The position numbers and the translations under genes were made by a program. Positions 8,729 through 17,480 of a stretch of 64,000 nucleotides of DNA are shown piece by piece (the stretch's first letter is position 1; every line of letters starts with the position of its first letter). Origin of the DNA: Candidatus Dormiibacterota bacterium (GTDB lineage: Bacteria > Chloroflexota > Dormibacteria > Aeolococcales > Aeolococcaceae). The notes below the pieces were generated by a model that was not told where the DNA came from, ran no database searches, and saw only the letters and a program-made list of their open reading frames with translations. The stretch is from NCBI GenBank assembly GCA_963709585.1, contig CAVPXI010000006.1, positions 256,001-320,000 on the forward strand. The letters run 5' to 3'.

Positions 8729-10030
8729 CTACTCGCTGGGCGCTGAAGCCAGATCCCAGGTCGAGCCGGCCGGGGTGTCGTGCACCTCGACCCCCGCATC
8801 GACCAGCACATCGCGAAGCCTGTCGGCGAGCGCGTACTCTCCCGCACCTCGCATCTGCACGCGCAGGTCGAGGATCCGGTCGACGACCGGACCGATGAGG
8901 TCGCGGGGATCGGCCGTGCCGTTGCGGACAAGGTCGCCCAGGCGCACCACGTACCGCCGCAGGGTTTCACGCGCCCGGTCCTGCTCATCGGAGTCCAGGG
9001 TGTCGGCGGCCCAGTCGTGGATCTGCGAGTTGATCGCCAGCACGGCGCCGACGGCGCCGTCGACATCGCGCGACGCGAGTGCCGTGTCAGCGGCGTCGGA
9101 CTGCCGGGCAACCTCCTCGAGAAATGGCGACACACCTCCGGTGGGGATCGGAATCTCTCGATCCGAGCGGGTATCGGCGCCGGTGTTCGCCGGCGCGGGG
9201 TGGCCCACCGGTCCGAGCCCGGCGGCGAGGGCGCTGACCGGGACCATGGTGCCGTTCTCAAATCGTTGTGATGCACCCTTGCGGCGCCACGTCAGACCCC
9301 CCCGCCCGCGTATCGAGACCGTCCCCGCGTCGATGTCGAAGATTGCCGCCGTGTGCTCGTCGACACCCAGGACATCCACGCCCTCCGGCAGGACTTCCTC
9401 GAGGATGCGCAACCGGCGCTCGCCCATGTAGCAGTACCGGGTGTCGTGGGTCCCGCCCTCCGCATTGTTGTAGTGGGGGATGACCGCGGCGCGTAGCCCG
9501 GTGACGCCGAGCAGGTCGAGACCGTCCAGCCAGCGCGGCTCCTCGCCGACCTTGTAGATCTCGTACACCGGGAGCGAGCACACCCCGAGACCGACGGCGG
9601 CGGCACTCGCGAAGGTCACGCAGCCGCCCTCGCGCAGCTTGGTGGCAAGCAGGTCGGGCACGGCCGTGCCGAGCCACTGGCGAAGCGCGTAGCTCGGGCT
9701 CCCCGGGCCGGCGAACACGTAGTGCGCCTCGGCGATCCGGGCCAGCATGGTCTCGTACTCGAGGGCAGTGGCGTGCTCGCGATTCCGAAACGAGGCCACA
9801 CTGATCGGGAACCCGACGTGATCGCGGAAGTACGCGACGGTCCGCTCGCTGATGTCCGCGGCGTTCTCCTGGAAGCCGAACGGTGTGTCGAGCAGCACCG
9901 CGGGAACCGGTCGCGGGCCGAGGCGCGAGAGCAGGTCGGCGTGCACCGACACCATCGTCGGCGTGGTCTCGCCCGATCCCATGATGCAGAGCAGCCGCTG
10001 CAGTCGAGCAGCGCCGCCGGTGGCGTTCAT
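8729..10030 (-). CDS. Peptidase S51 (class I GATase-like) domain fused to a C-terminal CysRS anticodon-binding-like domain
   Basis: MGSGE, AGPGSPSY, FASAAA, VIPHY, GVDEHTA; C-terminus RVQMRGAGEYALADRLRDVLVDAGVEVHDTPAGSTW matches the CysS C-terminal pattern. Confidence 0.75.
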   Translation of the reverse strand: MNATGGAARLQRLLCIMGSGETTPTMVSVHADLLSRLGPRPVPAVLLDTPFGFQENAADISERTVAYFRDHVGFPISVASFRNREHATALEYETMLARIAEAHYVFAGPGSPSYALRQWLGTAVPDLLATKLREGGCVTFASAAAVGLGVCSLPVYEIYKVGEEPRWLDGLDLLGVTGLRAAVIPHYNNAEGGTHDTRYCYMGERRLRILEEVLPEGVDVLGVDEHTAAIFDIDAGTVSIRGRGGLTWRRKGASQRFENGTMVPVSALAAGLGPVGHPAPANTGADTRSDREIPIPTGGVSPFLEEVARQSDAADTALASRDVDGAVGAVLAINSQIHDWAADTLDSDEQDRARETLRRYVVRLGDLVRNGTADPRDLIGPVVDRILDLRVQMRGAGEYALADRLRDVLVDAGVEVHDTPAGSTWDLASAPSE

Positions 10031-10077
10031 GCCTCGATCCTACGGCGTGCGGGCCGTGCAACCATGTGGCCCAAACC

Positions 10078-11158
10078 ATGGACCGGGCGGCACTCAAGGC
10101 GGCACTGGGCGACGAAGCGCGGCGGCTCGGATTCGCGGCGTGCGGCGTCACGTCGGTGCGCCCGTTCACGGAGGCGCGCACGCGGGCACTCGCCGCGATC
10201 GACGCCGGACGCATGGACGGGATGCCGTGGTACACGCGGGAAAGGGTGGAGGCATCCGCGGACATCGGCGGTCGCTATCCATGGGCGCGGTCGATCGTCG
10301 CGCTTGCCTGGCCGTACCGGCCGGCGCGGGCGCAGATCCCGCGCGACGCTGCGCCAGGGGTTGTCCGGGGTCGCTGCTCCGCCTACGCGTGCACCGAGGA
10401 AGGCGGCCGCGCCGTCGACTACCACGACCTGCTCGCGCAACGCTGCGACTCCCTGGTCGACTGGCTCCGCGAACGGATCGACGGGGTCGGCGCAAAGCGC
10501 TTCGTCGATCACGGATGGGCGCTCGACCGCGCCATCGCCGAACGAGCAGGGATCGGATTCGCCGGCAAGCACGCGTCGGTGATCACGCTCGAAGCCGGCT
10601 CGTATGTGCTCTTGGCGAGCATCGCGATATCGGTCCCGCTGCCGGCCGACTCACCCTCGCGACGCGGATGCGGGAGTTGCACCGCCTGCATCCCCTCGTG
10701 TCCCACCGGGGCGATCGTGGCGCCCGGCGTCATCGACGCCCGGCGCTGCATCTCATATCTCACCATCGAGCACCGCGGCGCGATTCCCGCCGAGCTGCGC
10801 CCGCTGATGGGAACGTGGGCATTCGGGTGCGACCTCTGCCAGGAGGCGTGCCCCATCAATCACCGGCTCGCTCCGGAACCGCTCGACGTCGAGAGCGCGA
10901 CCACGGTGCGCGGTCCGGTCGCGTATCCCGACCTGGTGGAGTGCCTCGAGCTCAGCGACGACGAGTTCAGAGCGCGCTTCCGCGCCACGGCGGTCTCGCG
11001 CACGGGACGCGCCGGTCTGGCTCGCAATTGCGCGATCGCGCTGGGGAATGCCGGTGATCGAGCGGCGCTGCCGGCACTGCGCAACAGCGCGGAGCACGAT
11101 CCGGACGCGGTCGTGCGTGAGTTCCGCTCGCTGGGGGATCGCCCAACTAAACGGCTGA
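10078..11158 (+). CDS. queG: Epoxyqueuosine reductase; frameshift near 11121
   Basis: DYH, ERAGIGFAGKH, CGSCTACIPSCPTGA, RCISYLTIEHRG, FGCDLCQEACPIN, RNCAIALGN. Corrected end DPDAVVRESARWGIAQLNG*. Alternative start GTG 10066. Confidence 0.9.
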
Positions 11159-11173
11159 ACGCCGCCGACTCGG

Positions 11174-11527
11174 TCAGCGGAAGAGCAGGACCGCGGCCCC
11201 CGCGCCGACCACCAGCGGAGCGCCGACGCACGCCGCCAACAGCGAGACGGAATCGGGATCGCGGGGCCACCAGGCGGGCGGCAGGGCGCGGTTGATCGGC
11301 ACTCTTGCGCCGCGCAGATGGGTATTTCCGTCAAAGAGCGCGAAAGCCGCGACGCATGCCAGCGCGATGAGCAGCGCGGCCTCGGCGAGGAGCGCGGCCG
11401 CGCCGGTGGCACCGACGGCATGCAGCCAGGCGCAGAGGACGAAGGTGACGATGCCGAGACCCGCGCCCGAGGTCGCGGCCAGGAAAGTGGTCGGCAGCGA
11501 GGTGCGCGGCAGGCTCGGGAGTCGCAT
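11174..11527 (-). CDS. Hypothetical 3-TM membrane protein
   Basis: ATG 11527; three hydrophobic segments. Confidence 0.55.
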   Translation of the reverse strand: MRLPSLPRTSLPTTFLAATSGAGLGIVTFVLCAWLHAVGATGAAALLAEAALLIALACVAAFALFDGNTHLRGARVPINRALPPAWWPRDPDSVSLLAACVGAPLVVGAGAAVLLFR

Positions 11528-11592
11528 GGCTTTCGATGGCAGCGTAGCACTCGGGCCGAATCGATGACCGTTCACCGGGAGGCGGCTCGGTT

Positions 11593-11653
11593 GTGACGAA
11601 ACCGTTACGGCGAAGGGCAACGCTTGACGCGCGCGATCTACTGTGCCTACGCT
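11593..11653 (+). promoter_or_regulatory. Sigma-70-type promoter with upstream GTNAC-N6-GTNAC direct repeat
   Basis: GTGAC-gaaacc-GTTAC, then TTGACG (11624) -18 bp- TACGCT (11648), ahead of the LysM gene. Confidence 0.5.
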
Positions 11654-11719
11654 GCTGCGGTCGCCAGCGGGGCGGCCGGTTCCCACTCTCTCCCAACGTC
11701 CCACCACACGAGGAACCCG

Positions 11720-12520
11720 ATGCCGACAAGGTCTCGTCTTGCCGCTGCCGCGCTCGGTGCCACCGCTGTGGCCACCATCCCGTCCGCCGTATTCGCGACC
11801 TCCTACGTGGTGCGCCCGGGCGACACCGCGTCGGACATCGCCGTTCGTCACGGCACCACCGTGGCCGCGCTGCTCGACGCCAACCGGATGGCCGCGCCCG
11901 AGCTCATCCGGGTCGGTCAGATGCTGCAGATCCCCGACGCGTCACTGGCGCTGCCCGCCTACGCGCGCGGCGCGGATGACTTCGAGACCTATCGGGTCGG
12001 CCGCGGCGAGGGCGTTTTCGAGGCGGCCCGGCGTTTCGGTGTCGACCCCACGGCGCTCGCGCGCACCAACGGCATCGGCGTCAACGCGCCGATCGCTGAA
12101 GGTGACGAGCTGGTCGTTCCCGGCCGCCTCACGCGGATGAATGCGCTGGTGAGCTTCGTCGCCGCCGACGTCGGGGTCGACGCGCGGCTGCTCCGCGGCG
12201 TCGCCTGGGCGGAGTCCCAATGGCGGCAGGAACGTGTCTCTCCGACCGGGGCTGTGGGCGTCATGCAGATCGAGCCCTTCACGGGCGAATGGGTCTCGCG
12301 CCACCTCGCCGGGTCACATCTCGACATCTGGCGCGCGCAGGACAACGTGGTCGCCGGGGCGATGCTGCTCCGCCACCTGATGACCAAGCACGAGGCCGGC
12401 ATCCCCGCCACCCTCGCTGGGTACTACCAAGGTGATGCGAGCGTCGCCAGTCACGGTGTTTACGACGACACGCGTCGGTACCAGCGCGAAGTCCAGGACC
12501 TGATCGCTCAGGACGTCTGA
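11720..12520 (+). CDS. Secreted 2xLysM + lytic transglycosylase (SLT) protein
   Basis: Signal peptide; YVVRPGDT..IA; second LysM; AESQW, SPTGAVGVMQI, GYYQG. Confidence 0.9.
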   Translation: MPTRSRLAAAALGATAVATIPSAVFATSYVVRPGDTASDIAVRHGTTVAALLDANRMAAPELIRVGQMLQIPDASLALPAYARGADDFETYRVGRGEGVFEAARRFGVDPTALARTNGIGVNAPIAEGDELVVPGRLTRMNALVSFVAADVGVDARLLRGVAWAESQWRQERVSPTGAVGVMQIEPFTGEWVSRHLAGSHLDIWRAQDNVVAGAMLLRHLMTKHEAGIPATLAGYYQGDASVASHGVYDDTRRYQREVQDLIAQDV

Positions 12521-13443
12521 GCGATCGGGGGCGGCCACCCGCCCACTCGCGTCATCGCGCCGCTTTGGTCGACAAGCCGCGCGGGAAGCCCAGCCTTGTC
12601 GAGCCATGCGGCTGCCGTGGCACCCCGGACGATCGCGGCGGTGGCGGCGATATTGGCGTCGACGCAACTTCCGGCGACGACGCTGACCGTCCGCCACGGC
12701 CCCGCAGCGGGAAGCCCGGTGGCCGGGTCGATGATGTGATGCAGCTCGACCTCGCCACGCCGCCAGCGGCGCACGGTCGTGCTCGAGGTGGCGACGCCGC
12801 CGGCGCGGATCGCAATCGTCTCGCCGTCCGGCGTGATCGCGGCGCGGCTGTCCTCGGCGATCTGAATGTGCCATCCCTCATCTGGGGGATCGCCGGCAAC
12901 TGAAACGTCTCCACCCAGGCTGACGAGCACCCCACCGCCGTGCATCGCATCGATCGCCGCGGCGGCGGCGAGGTCGGCGGCGAGTGCTTTGGCGGTTGCG
13001 CCGAGATCGATCTCGACGCCGGCGTCGATCTCCACACGTCGGGTGACCGGAAAGAGCCGGATCCGCCGCCACCCGGGCACCGGGGACACCACGAGGGTCA
13101 GCGGCGCGCCGTCGGCAGGCACCGCGTCGAAGTCGACACTGTACCCGGCGCTGCGGACCGCCCCGCCAACCGTCGGATCGACCGCGCCCTCGGTGAGCTC
13201 CGCCGCGCGGATCGCGGTGGCGAGCGCCTGCGCCAGCAGCGGTGACACGGCGCCCTCCCGCCGCCCGACGCCGGCCTGGAGGCGGCTCAGCTCGCTGTCC
13301 TCGCGGAATCGGCTGCACGCCAGGTCGATCGCGCCAACCACCGCCTCGACCGCGGCGGTCGCGGCGTCGAGGGTGTCCGGGTCGGTGACGACCACGTCCA
13401 TCGAGGTGCCGAGAGCGCTCCCTCGGTACGCGGCAAGGGTCAT
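12508..13443 (-). CDS. apbE: FAD:protein FMN transferase (ApbE family)
   Basis: ALGTSM, SRFREDSELS, DPTVG, IDLGATAK, LGGD, VATSS, HHIIDPATG. Confidence 0.93.
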   Translation of the reverse strand: MTLAAYRGSALGTSMDVVVTDPDTLDAATAAVEAVVGAIDLACSRFREDSELSRLQAGVGRREGAVSPLLAQALATAIRAAELTEGAVDPTVGGAVRSAGYSVDFDAVPADGAPLTLVVSPVPGWRRIRLFPVTRRVEIDAGVEIDLGATAKALAADLAAAAAIDAMHGGGVLVSLGGDVSVAGDPPDEGWHIQIAEDSRAAITPDGETIAIRAGGVATSSTTVRRWRRGEVELHHIIDPATGLPAAGPWRTVSVVAGSCVDANIAATAAIVRGATAAAWLDKAGLPARLVDQSGAMTRVGGWPPPIAQTS

Positions 13444-13757
13444 GAGCCGCCGCTGACGGTACTCGCTGACGATGAGCTTCCGGTGCTCGCGGATCCGGTG
13501 GAAAGTGACGACGACCCGGTGCTCGATGAGGAAGAGGATGGCGTCGTCGTCGTGGCGGTCCCCGAGGACGATGTCACTGTCGTGCTCGATCCGCTGTTGG
13601 TCGTCGTCGAACTACCCGCGTGGGTGTGCGCAGCCAGGATGGCGAGCGCGGCGACGGCCGCGGTTCCAACCACCCCGAACGACGTCGTGAGCTTGCCGCG
13701 CAGACGGAGCGCCCGGTCCCGCTCGGCCACCGTGATGGGTCGCTTCCGCGACGGCAT
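13440..13757 (-). CDS. Small membrane-anchored Ser/Thr-rich protein, candidate ApbE substrate
   Basis: Basic N-terminus, one TM helix, Ser/Thr tail ending TVSGGS; ATGA overlap with apbE. Confidence 0.7.
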   Translation of the reverse strand: MPSRKRPITVAERDRALRLRGKLTTSFGVVGTAAVAALAILAAHTHAGSSTTTNSGSSTTVTSSSGTATTTTPSSSSSSTGSSSLSTGSASTGSSSSASTVSGGS

Positions 13758-14539
13758 CACCGAATCTCCTGGGGATGACGCGGGTGTGGACGCAGCCCAC
13801 CGCGAAGTCGCGGCGTCGGGCGGAACAGCCGCAGCACGCCGCGCAGATCGGTCAGCGCGGTGTGTGGAACGTTCACCCGCGAGTCCGGGTCCTCGACCCA
13901 CTCCACCGGGACGTCGTGAATACGAAAGCCGGCACGCTGCGCGATGACGAGCAGCTCGGTGTCGAAGAACCATCCCTGATCACGAACCATGGGCACCAGG
14001 TCGCGGGCGACCTGCGCGCGTATCGCCTTGAATCCGCACTGCGCATCGCGAAAGCGCGTGTGCAGCACGGCCCGAAGCAGGAGGTTGTAGGCGCGCGAGA
14101 TGACCTCGCGCTGTGGGCCCCTGGTGACCCGCGCACCGCGTATGAGCCGGCTGCCGATGGTGATGTCGCTGCCGCCCGCGAGCAGCGGCGCGATCAAGGC
14201 CGACAGTGACTCGAGTCGTGTCGAGAGGTCGACGTCCATGTATGCGAGCACACGCGCTTCGCTCGCCATCCACACTGCGCGGATCGCTCGACCGCGACCC
14301 TTCGCGCCGAGATGGACAAACCGGACGCCGTCGAGCTCGACCGCGAGCCGCATGCCGATGAGGCGGGTTGCGTCCTCGCTCGCGTTGTCGACGATGGTGA
14401 TCCTGGACGCGAATGGAATTCGCGTGCACACATGGGCGTGCAGGGCGCGAATGCTCGTGTCCAGGACGCGCTCCTCGTTGTATACCGGAACCGCGATATC
14501 CAGAACCGGAGCGCTGGTTGTGGCGCGCAGATCGTTCAT
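13757..14539 (-). CDS. GT2 glycosyltransferase (polyprenol-phosphate mannosyl/glucosyl transferase-like)
   Basis: IAVPVYNEE, IVDNASED, KGRGRA, YMDVDLS, DAQCGFKA, WFFDTELL. Confidence 0.9.
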   Translation of the reverse strand: MNDLRATTSAPVLDIAVPVYNEERVLDTSIRALHAHVCTRIPFASRITIVDNASEDATRLIGMRLAVELDGVRFVHLGAKGRGRAIRAVWMASEARVLAYMDVDLSTRLESLSALIAPLLAGGSDITIGSRLIRGARVTRGPQREVISRAYNLLLRAVLHTRFRDAQCGFKAIRAQVARDLVPMVRDQGWFFDTELLVIAQRAGFRIHDVPVEWVEDPDSRVNVPHTALTDLRGVLRLFRPTPRLRGGLRPHPRHPQEIR

Positions 14540-14574
14540 GACATCAAGCGTGCTGCCGGCGCCTTGACGCGAGC

Positions 14575-14655
14575 CACGAAGAAGCTGGGAGGCATCTGTG
14601 AAGTCACGGGGATCTCTGAGCGGACTCACAGCGATCTCCGGCAGGTCTCTGAGCC
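14575..14655. promoter_or_regulatory. OmpR-family (MprA/TcrX-like) direct-repeat boxes in a divergent promoter
   Basis: TCTCTGAG occurs twice (~14613, ~14646); CTGGGA/CTGTGA pair 11 bp apart; similar CTGGGA..CTCAGA pair upstream of the regulator at ~19664-19681. Confidence 0.45.
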
Positions 14656-14688
14656 GGCACCCCTACAGTCGCGAGCGAAGGAGTCCTC

Positions 14689-15432
14689 TTGCCGAATCCC
14701 CAGCGCCGTTCGTTTCCCCGCCCACGGAGCGGCCGCGCATGGCTGTTCAGCGCCGTCGTCGCGGTGGTCGCCGCCGGCGCCGCGGGCGTGCTCTTCGTGT
14801 ATTTCGTGCTCTTCAGCCACTCGGCGCCGGCGCCGCTCGCGCTGGCGGCGCCATCAGCAACCACCCAATCGCCGGCACTGACCTCGACCGCGATTCCGGG
14901 CAGCTGGACCGTCGCATCGAAGTCGGTTGCGGGATACCGCGTTCGCGAGCAGCTCGCCTTTCTCTCGGCGCCGAGCGATGCGGTGGGACGCACGTCCCAG
15001 ATCACCGGTACCGCGACGATCACCGGGTCCGGGACCGCCCTGACTCTGAGCGCCGCGTCATTCAGCGTTGACGTGCAATCCCTGACCAGCGATCAGTCGA
15101 TGCGCGACAGCCACCTCCAGACCCTCGGGCTCGAGAGCGCGCAATTCCCGCATGCGACATTTGTGCTGTCGGCACCGGTGACCTTGCCCGCAACCGCGAC
15201 ATCGGGGGCCGAGGTGCAAGTGCCGTTGCAGGGTGCGCTGACCATCCATGGGACGACAAAGACCGTCACGATTCATGTGCAGGCGCGGCTCTCAGGCTCT
15301 GAGATCGAGGTCGTGGGTTCGATCTCGTTCCCGTGGGGCGAGTTCAACATGCAGGCGCCGAACATCGGCGGGTTCGTCACCGTCGACGGCACGGCCACGA
15401 TGGAGTTCGATCTCTTCCTCAAGCACGGTTGA
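14689..15432 (+). CDS. YceI-family lipid/quinone-binding protein with N-terminal anchor
   Basis: SVAGYRVREQ, VDVQSLTSDQSMRD, GALTIHGTTKTV; AAGGAG RBS. Confidence 0.88.
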   Translation: MPNPQRRSFPRPRSGRAWLFSAVVAVVAAGAAGVLFVYFVLFSHSAPAPLALAAPSATTQSPALTSTAIPGSWTVASKSVAGYRVREQLAFLSAPSDAVGRTSQITGTATITGSGTALTLSAASFSVDVQSLTSDQSMRDSHLQTLGLESAQFPHATFVLSAPVTLPATATSGAEVQVPLQGALTIHGTTKTVTIHVQARLSGSEIEVVGSISFPWGEFNMQAPNIGGFVTVDGTATMEFDLFLKHG

Positions 15433-15442
15433 CGCGGAAGCG

Positions 15443-15661
15443 TCAGGGACGCGAGGCGAGAGCCTGCAGCCGCAGCGCGAGCGTGGGGCACCCCGAGACC
15501 GCTCGCTTTGCATGCGGCAACACCGACTTGGGGATCGCCCCGGGACGGATGATCGGGTACCCCCAGTCATCGAGCTCGATGAGCTCCGGCACGAGGTCGG
15601 CGCAAACACCGTGGCCATCGCACTTGATGCGATCGATGCCGAGCGTGACGCGGTCGCTCAT
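15443..15661 (-). CDS. Single-cluster ferredoxin
   Basis: CDGHGVC...CPTLAL; ATGA overlap with the NuoF-like gene. Confidence 0.88.
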   Translation of the reverse strand: MSDRVTLGIDRIKCDGHGVCADLVPELIELDDWGYPIIRPGAIPKSVLPHAKRAVSGCPTLALRLQALASRP

Positions 15662-16887
15662 GACGCCGCCGCCGCCACCGCGCGTGCGACGCTGCAACGC
15701 CGCTCGAATGCGTGGTGTTCGAATTCGTCGGCAAAGACGCGAAGCGCTGACGCGAGCAGTCCGGCCGCACCGTCGGGGTGGCGACAGGCGCCGCGTCCCG
15801 CCAGGAAGCCAGCCCAGCGCTGGATATGTTCGAGGTCGCCCGGCGTCGACGCCAGCCCGGCGACGCGCCCCGCGCACGCGGAGATGGCGCGAAGGCCGAA
15901 TGTGCACGGCCCGCACTGGCGGGCACTCTCGTGCGCCAGGTACGCGAGGATCCTCGCGGTCTCGACGACACCGCATCGCTCCGACGGCAACACGGCGATC
16001 ACCCCGCAGCCGAGTGAATATCCCTGCTGGCGCAGCGGATCGGTGTCCAGTGGCAGCCCCCATGCGGTGCTGGACTCGACCCATCCTCCGAAATACCCGC
16101 CGAGCAGCACCGCATCGCTGTCGGACGTGATGCCGCCAGCGGCATTCACCGCATCAGCGAGTGCCAGACCCATCGGGATCTCGATCAACACCGTCTGGGG
16201 AACGGCACCGCCGACGGTGACCAGCGTCGTCCCCGACGCGTCCCCGATGCCGAGTGAGCGAAACCACTCATCGCCGAATCGCGCGATCAGCGCGACGTGC
16301 GCAAGCGTCTCGACATTCTGTACGAGCGTGGGACGTCCATCGATCCCGCGCTCGTACGGACGCGGCGGAATCGACGTGGGAAGCGCGATCCCCGCGTTGA
16401 CGAAGTGCACGGCCGCGGTCTCCTCTCCGGAGACATAGCGAACCGGTGAGCTCACCAGCCGGATCCGCTTTCGCTCGGACGCGGAACGTTCGGTCATGGC
16501 GCGCTGCATCGCCTGGATGGCGCCGGTATGGTCGGCGCCGACATAGAGGACGATCTCACCCGCTCCAACGGCGCCCGCAGCGAGCACCGCTCCATCGATG
16601 ACCAGGTGGGGACGCTGCTCCATGAGCATGCGGTCCTTGCGGCTCAGCGGCTCTCCCTCACCGCCGTTGGCGAGCACGACGGGGCGCCCCGCCCTTTGCG
16701 CCGCGACCGATCGCCACTTGGTCGCGACCGGGAATCCGGCCCCGCCTTTGCCGCGGAGGCTGCTTCGCTCGATCGAGTCGATGAGCGCCCGTGTGGCCTT
16801 CGGCAGCGCGCCGAGACGATGCTGATGCTCGGCAAACAACTCCATGCCCAGGGTCGCGGGCGGCCCGGCGAGCAGCGCGATGCTCAT
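15658..16887 (-). CDS. NuoF-like FMN/[4Fe-4S] NAD(P)H oxidoreductase subunit
   Basis: LRGKGGAGFP, NGGEGEP, YVSGEETA, NVETLA, ESARQCGPCTFG, GRGACRHPDG. Confidence 0.88.
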   Translation of the reverse strand: MSIALLAGPPATLGMELFAEHQHRLGALPKATRALIDSIERSSLRGKGGAGFPVATKWRSVAAQRAGRPVVLANGGEGEPLSRKDRMLMEQRPHLVIDGAVLAAGAVGAGEIVLYVGADHTGAIQAMQRAMTERSASERKRIRLVSSPVRYVSGEETAAVHFVNAGIALPTSIPPRPYERGIDGRPTLVQNVETLAHVALIARFGDEWFRSLGIGDASGTTLVTVGGAVPQTVLIEIPMGLALADAVNAAGGITSDSDAVLLGGYFGGWVESSTAWGLPLDTDPLRQQGYSLGCGVIAVLPSERCGVVETARILAYLAHESARQCGPCTFGLRAISACAGRVAGLASTPGDLEHIQRWAGFLAGRGACRHPDGAAGLLASALRVFADEFEHHAFERRCSVARAVAAAAS

Positions 16888-17468
16888 TGTCCCGCTCCGA
16901 ACGACGCACGCTCCGCGGCCACGCGACGTTCGTCCGCGAGCGGGTCCGGCGGCGCCGCGACCATGCGCCAGACGAGAGCCACCCCGACGGCACCGACGCA
17001 TACAACATCGATCACGATCATCCAGAGTGCCGTGCTGTCGGTGCCGGTGCCGATGCCGTGGAACACGGCCACCGGCCAGCTCGCATACGCGAGCCAGTGG
17101 ATTCCGCGCCACACGCGAGCGCCGATGTACCGGCGGAGCAGGCTGGTCGCAACGATCGCGAGCAGCAGCTCAAATGCGATCGCCCCGAGGCCGAGCCACA
17201 AGGTCCGATAGGACGAGCCGAATGGAACCAGCGCGGTCAGGCCGAGGTGGGTGAACGGGTCGACCACCGCGGTGACGATGTGGAGCACCAGGAACACGAG
17301 CGTCATCAGGGCGAGGTCGCCGTGCACCGCCGCGCTGAGGAATCGCGGCCAGCCATGCGTTTCAAACCGCACGCGGGCGAGCAATCCGAGGACGACGACC
17401 GCACTCAGCAGCACGAGGCTGACAGCGCCCGCGCCGCGCGTGGTGTACCAGAGCAATTGGTCAGACAT
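16884..17468 (-). CDS. Ferric-reductase-like (MsrQ-like) heme transmembrane protein
   Basis: WYTTRGAG; conserved His in VHGD, LHIV, WRGIHWLAY, FHGIGTGTD. Confidence 0.87.
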   Translation of the reverse strand: MSDQLLWYTTRGAGAVSLVLLSAVVVLGLLARVRFETHGWPRFLSAAVHGDLALMTLVFLVLHIVTAVVDPFTHLGLTALVPFGSSYRTLWLGLGAIAFELLLAIVATSLLRRYIGARVWRGIHWLAYASWPVAVFHGIGTGTDSTALWMIVIDVVCVGAVGVALVWRMVAAPPDPLADERRVAAERASFGAGQ

Positions 17469-17480
17469 CGGCTCGAGCCC

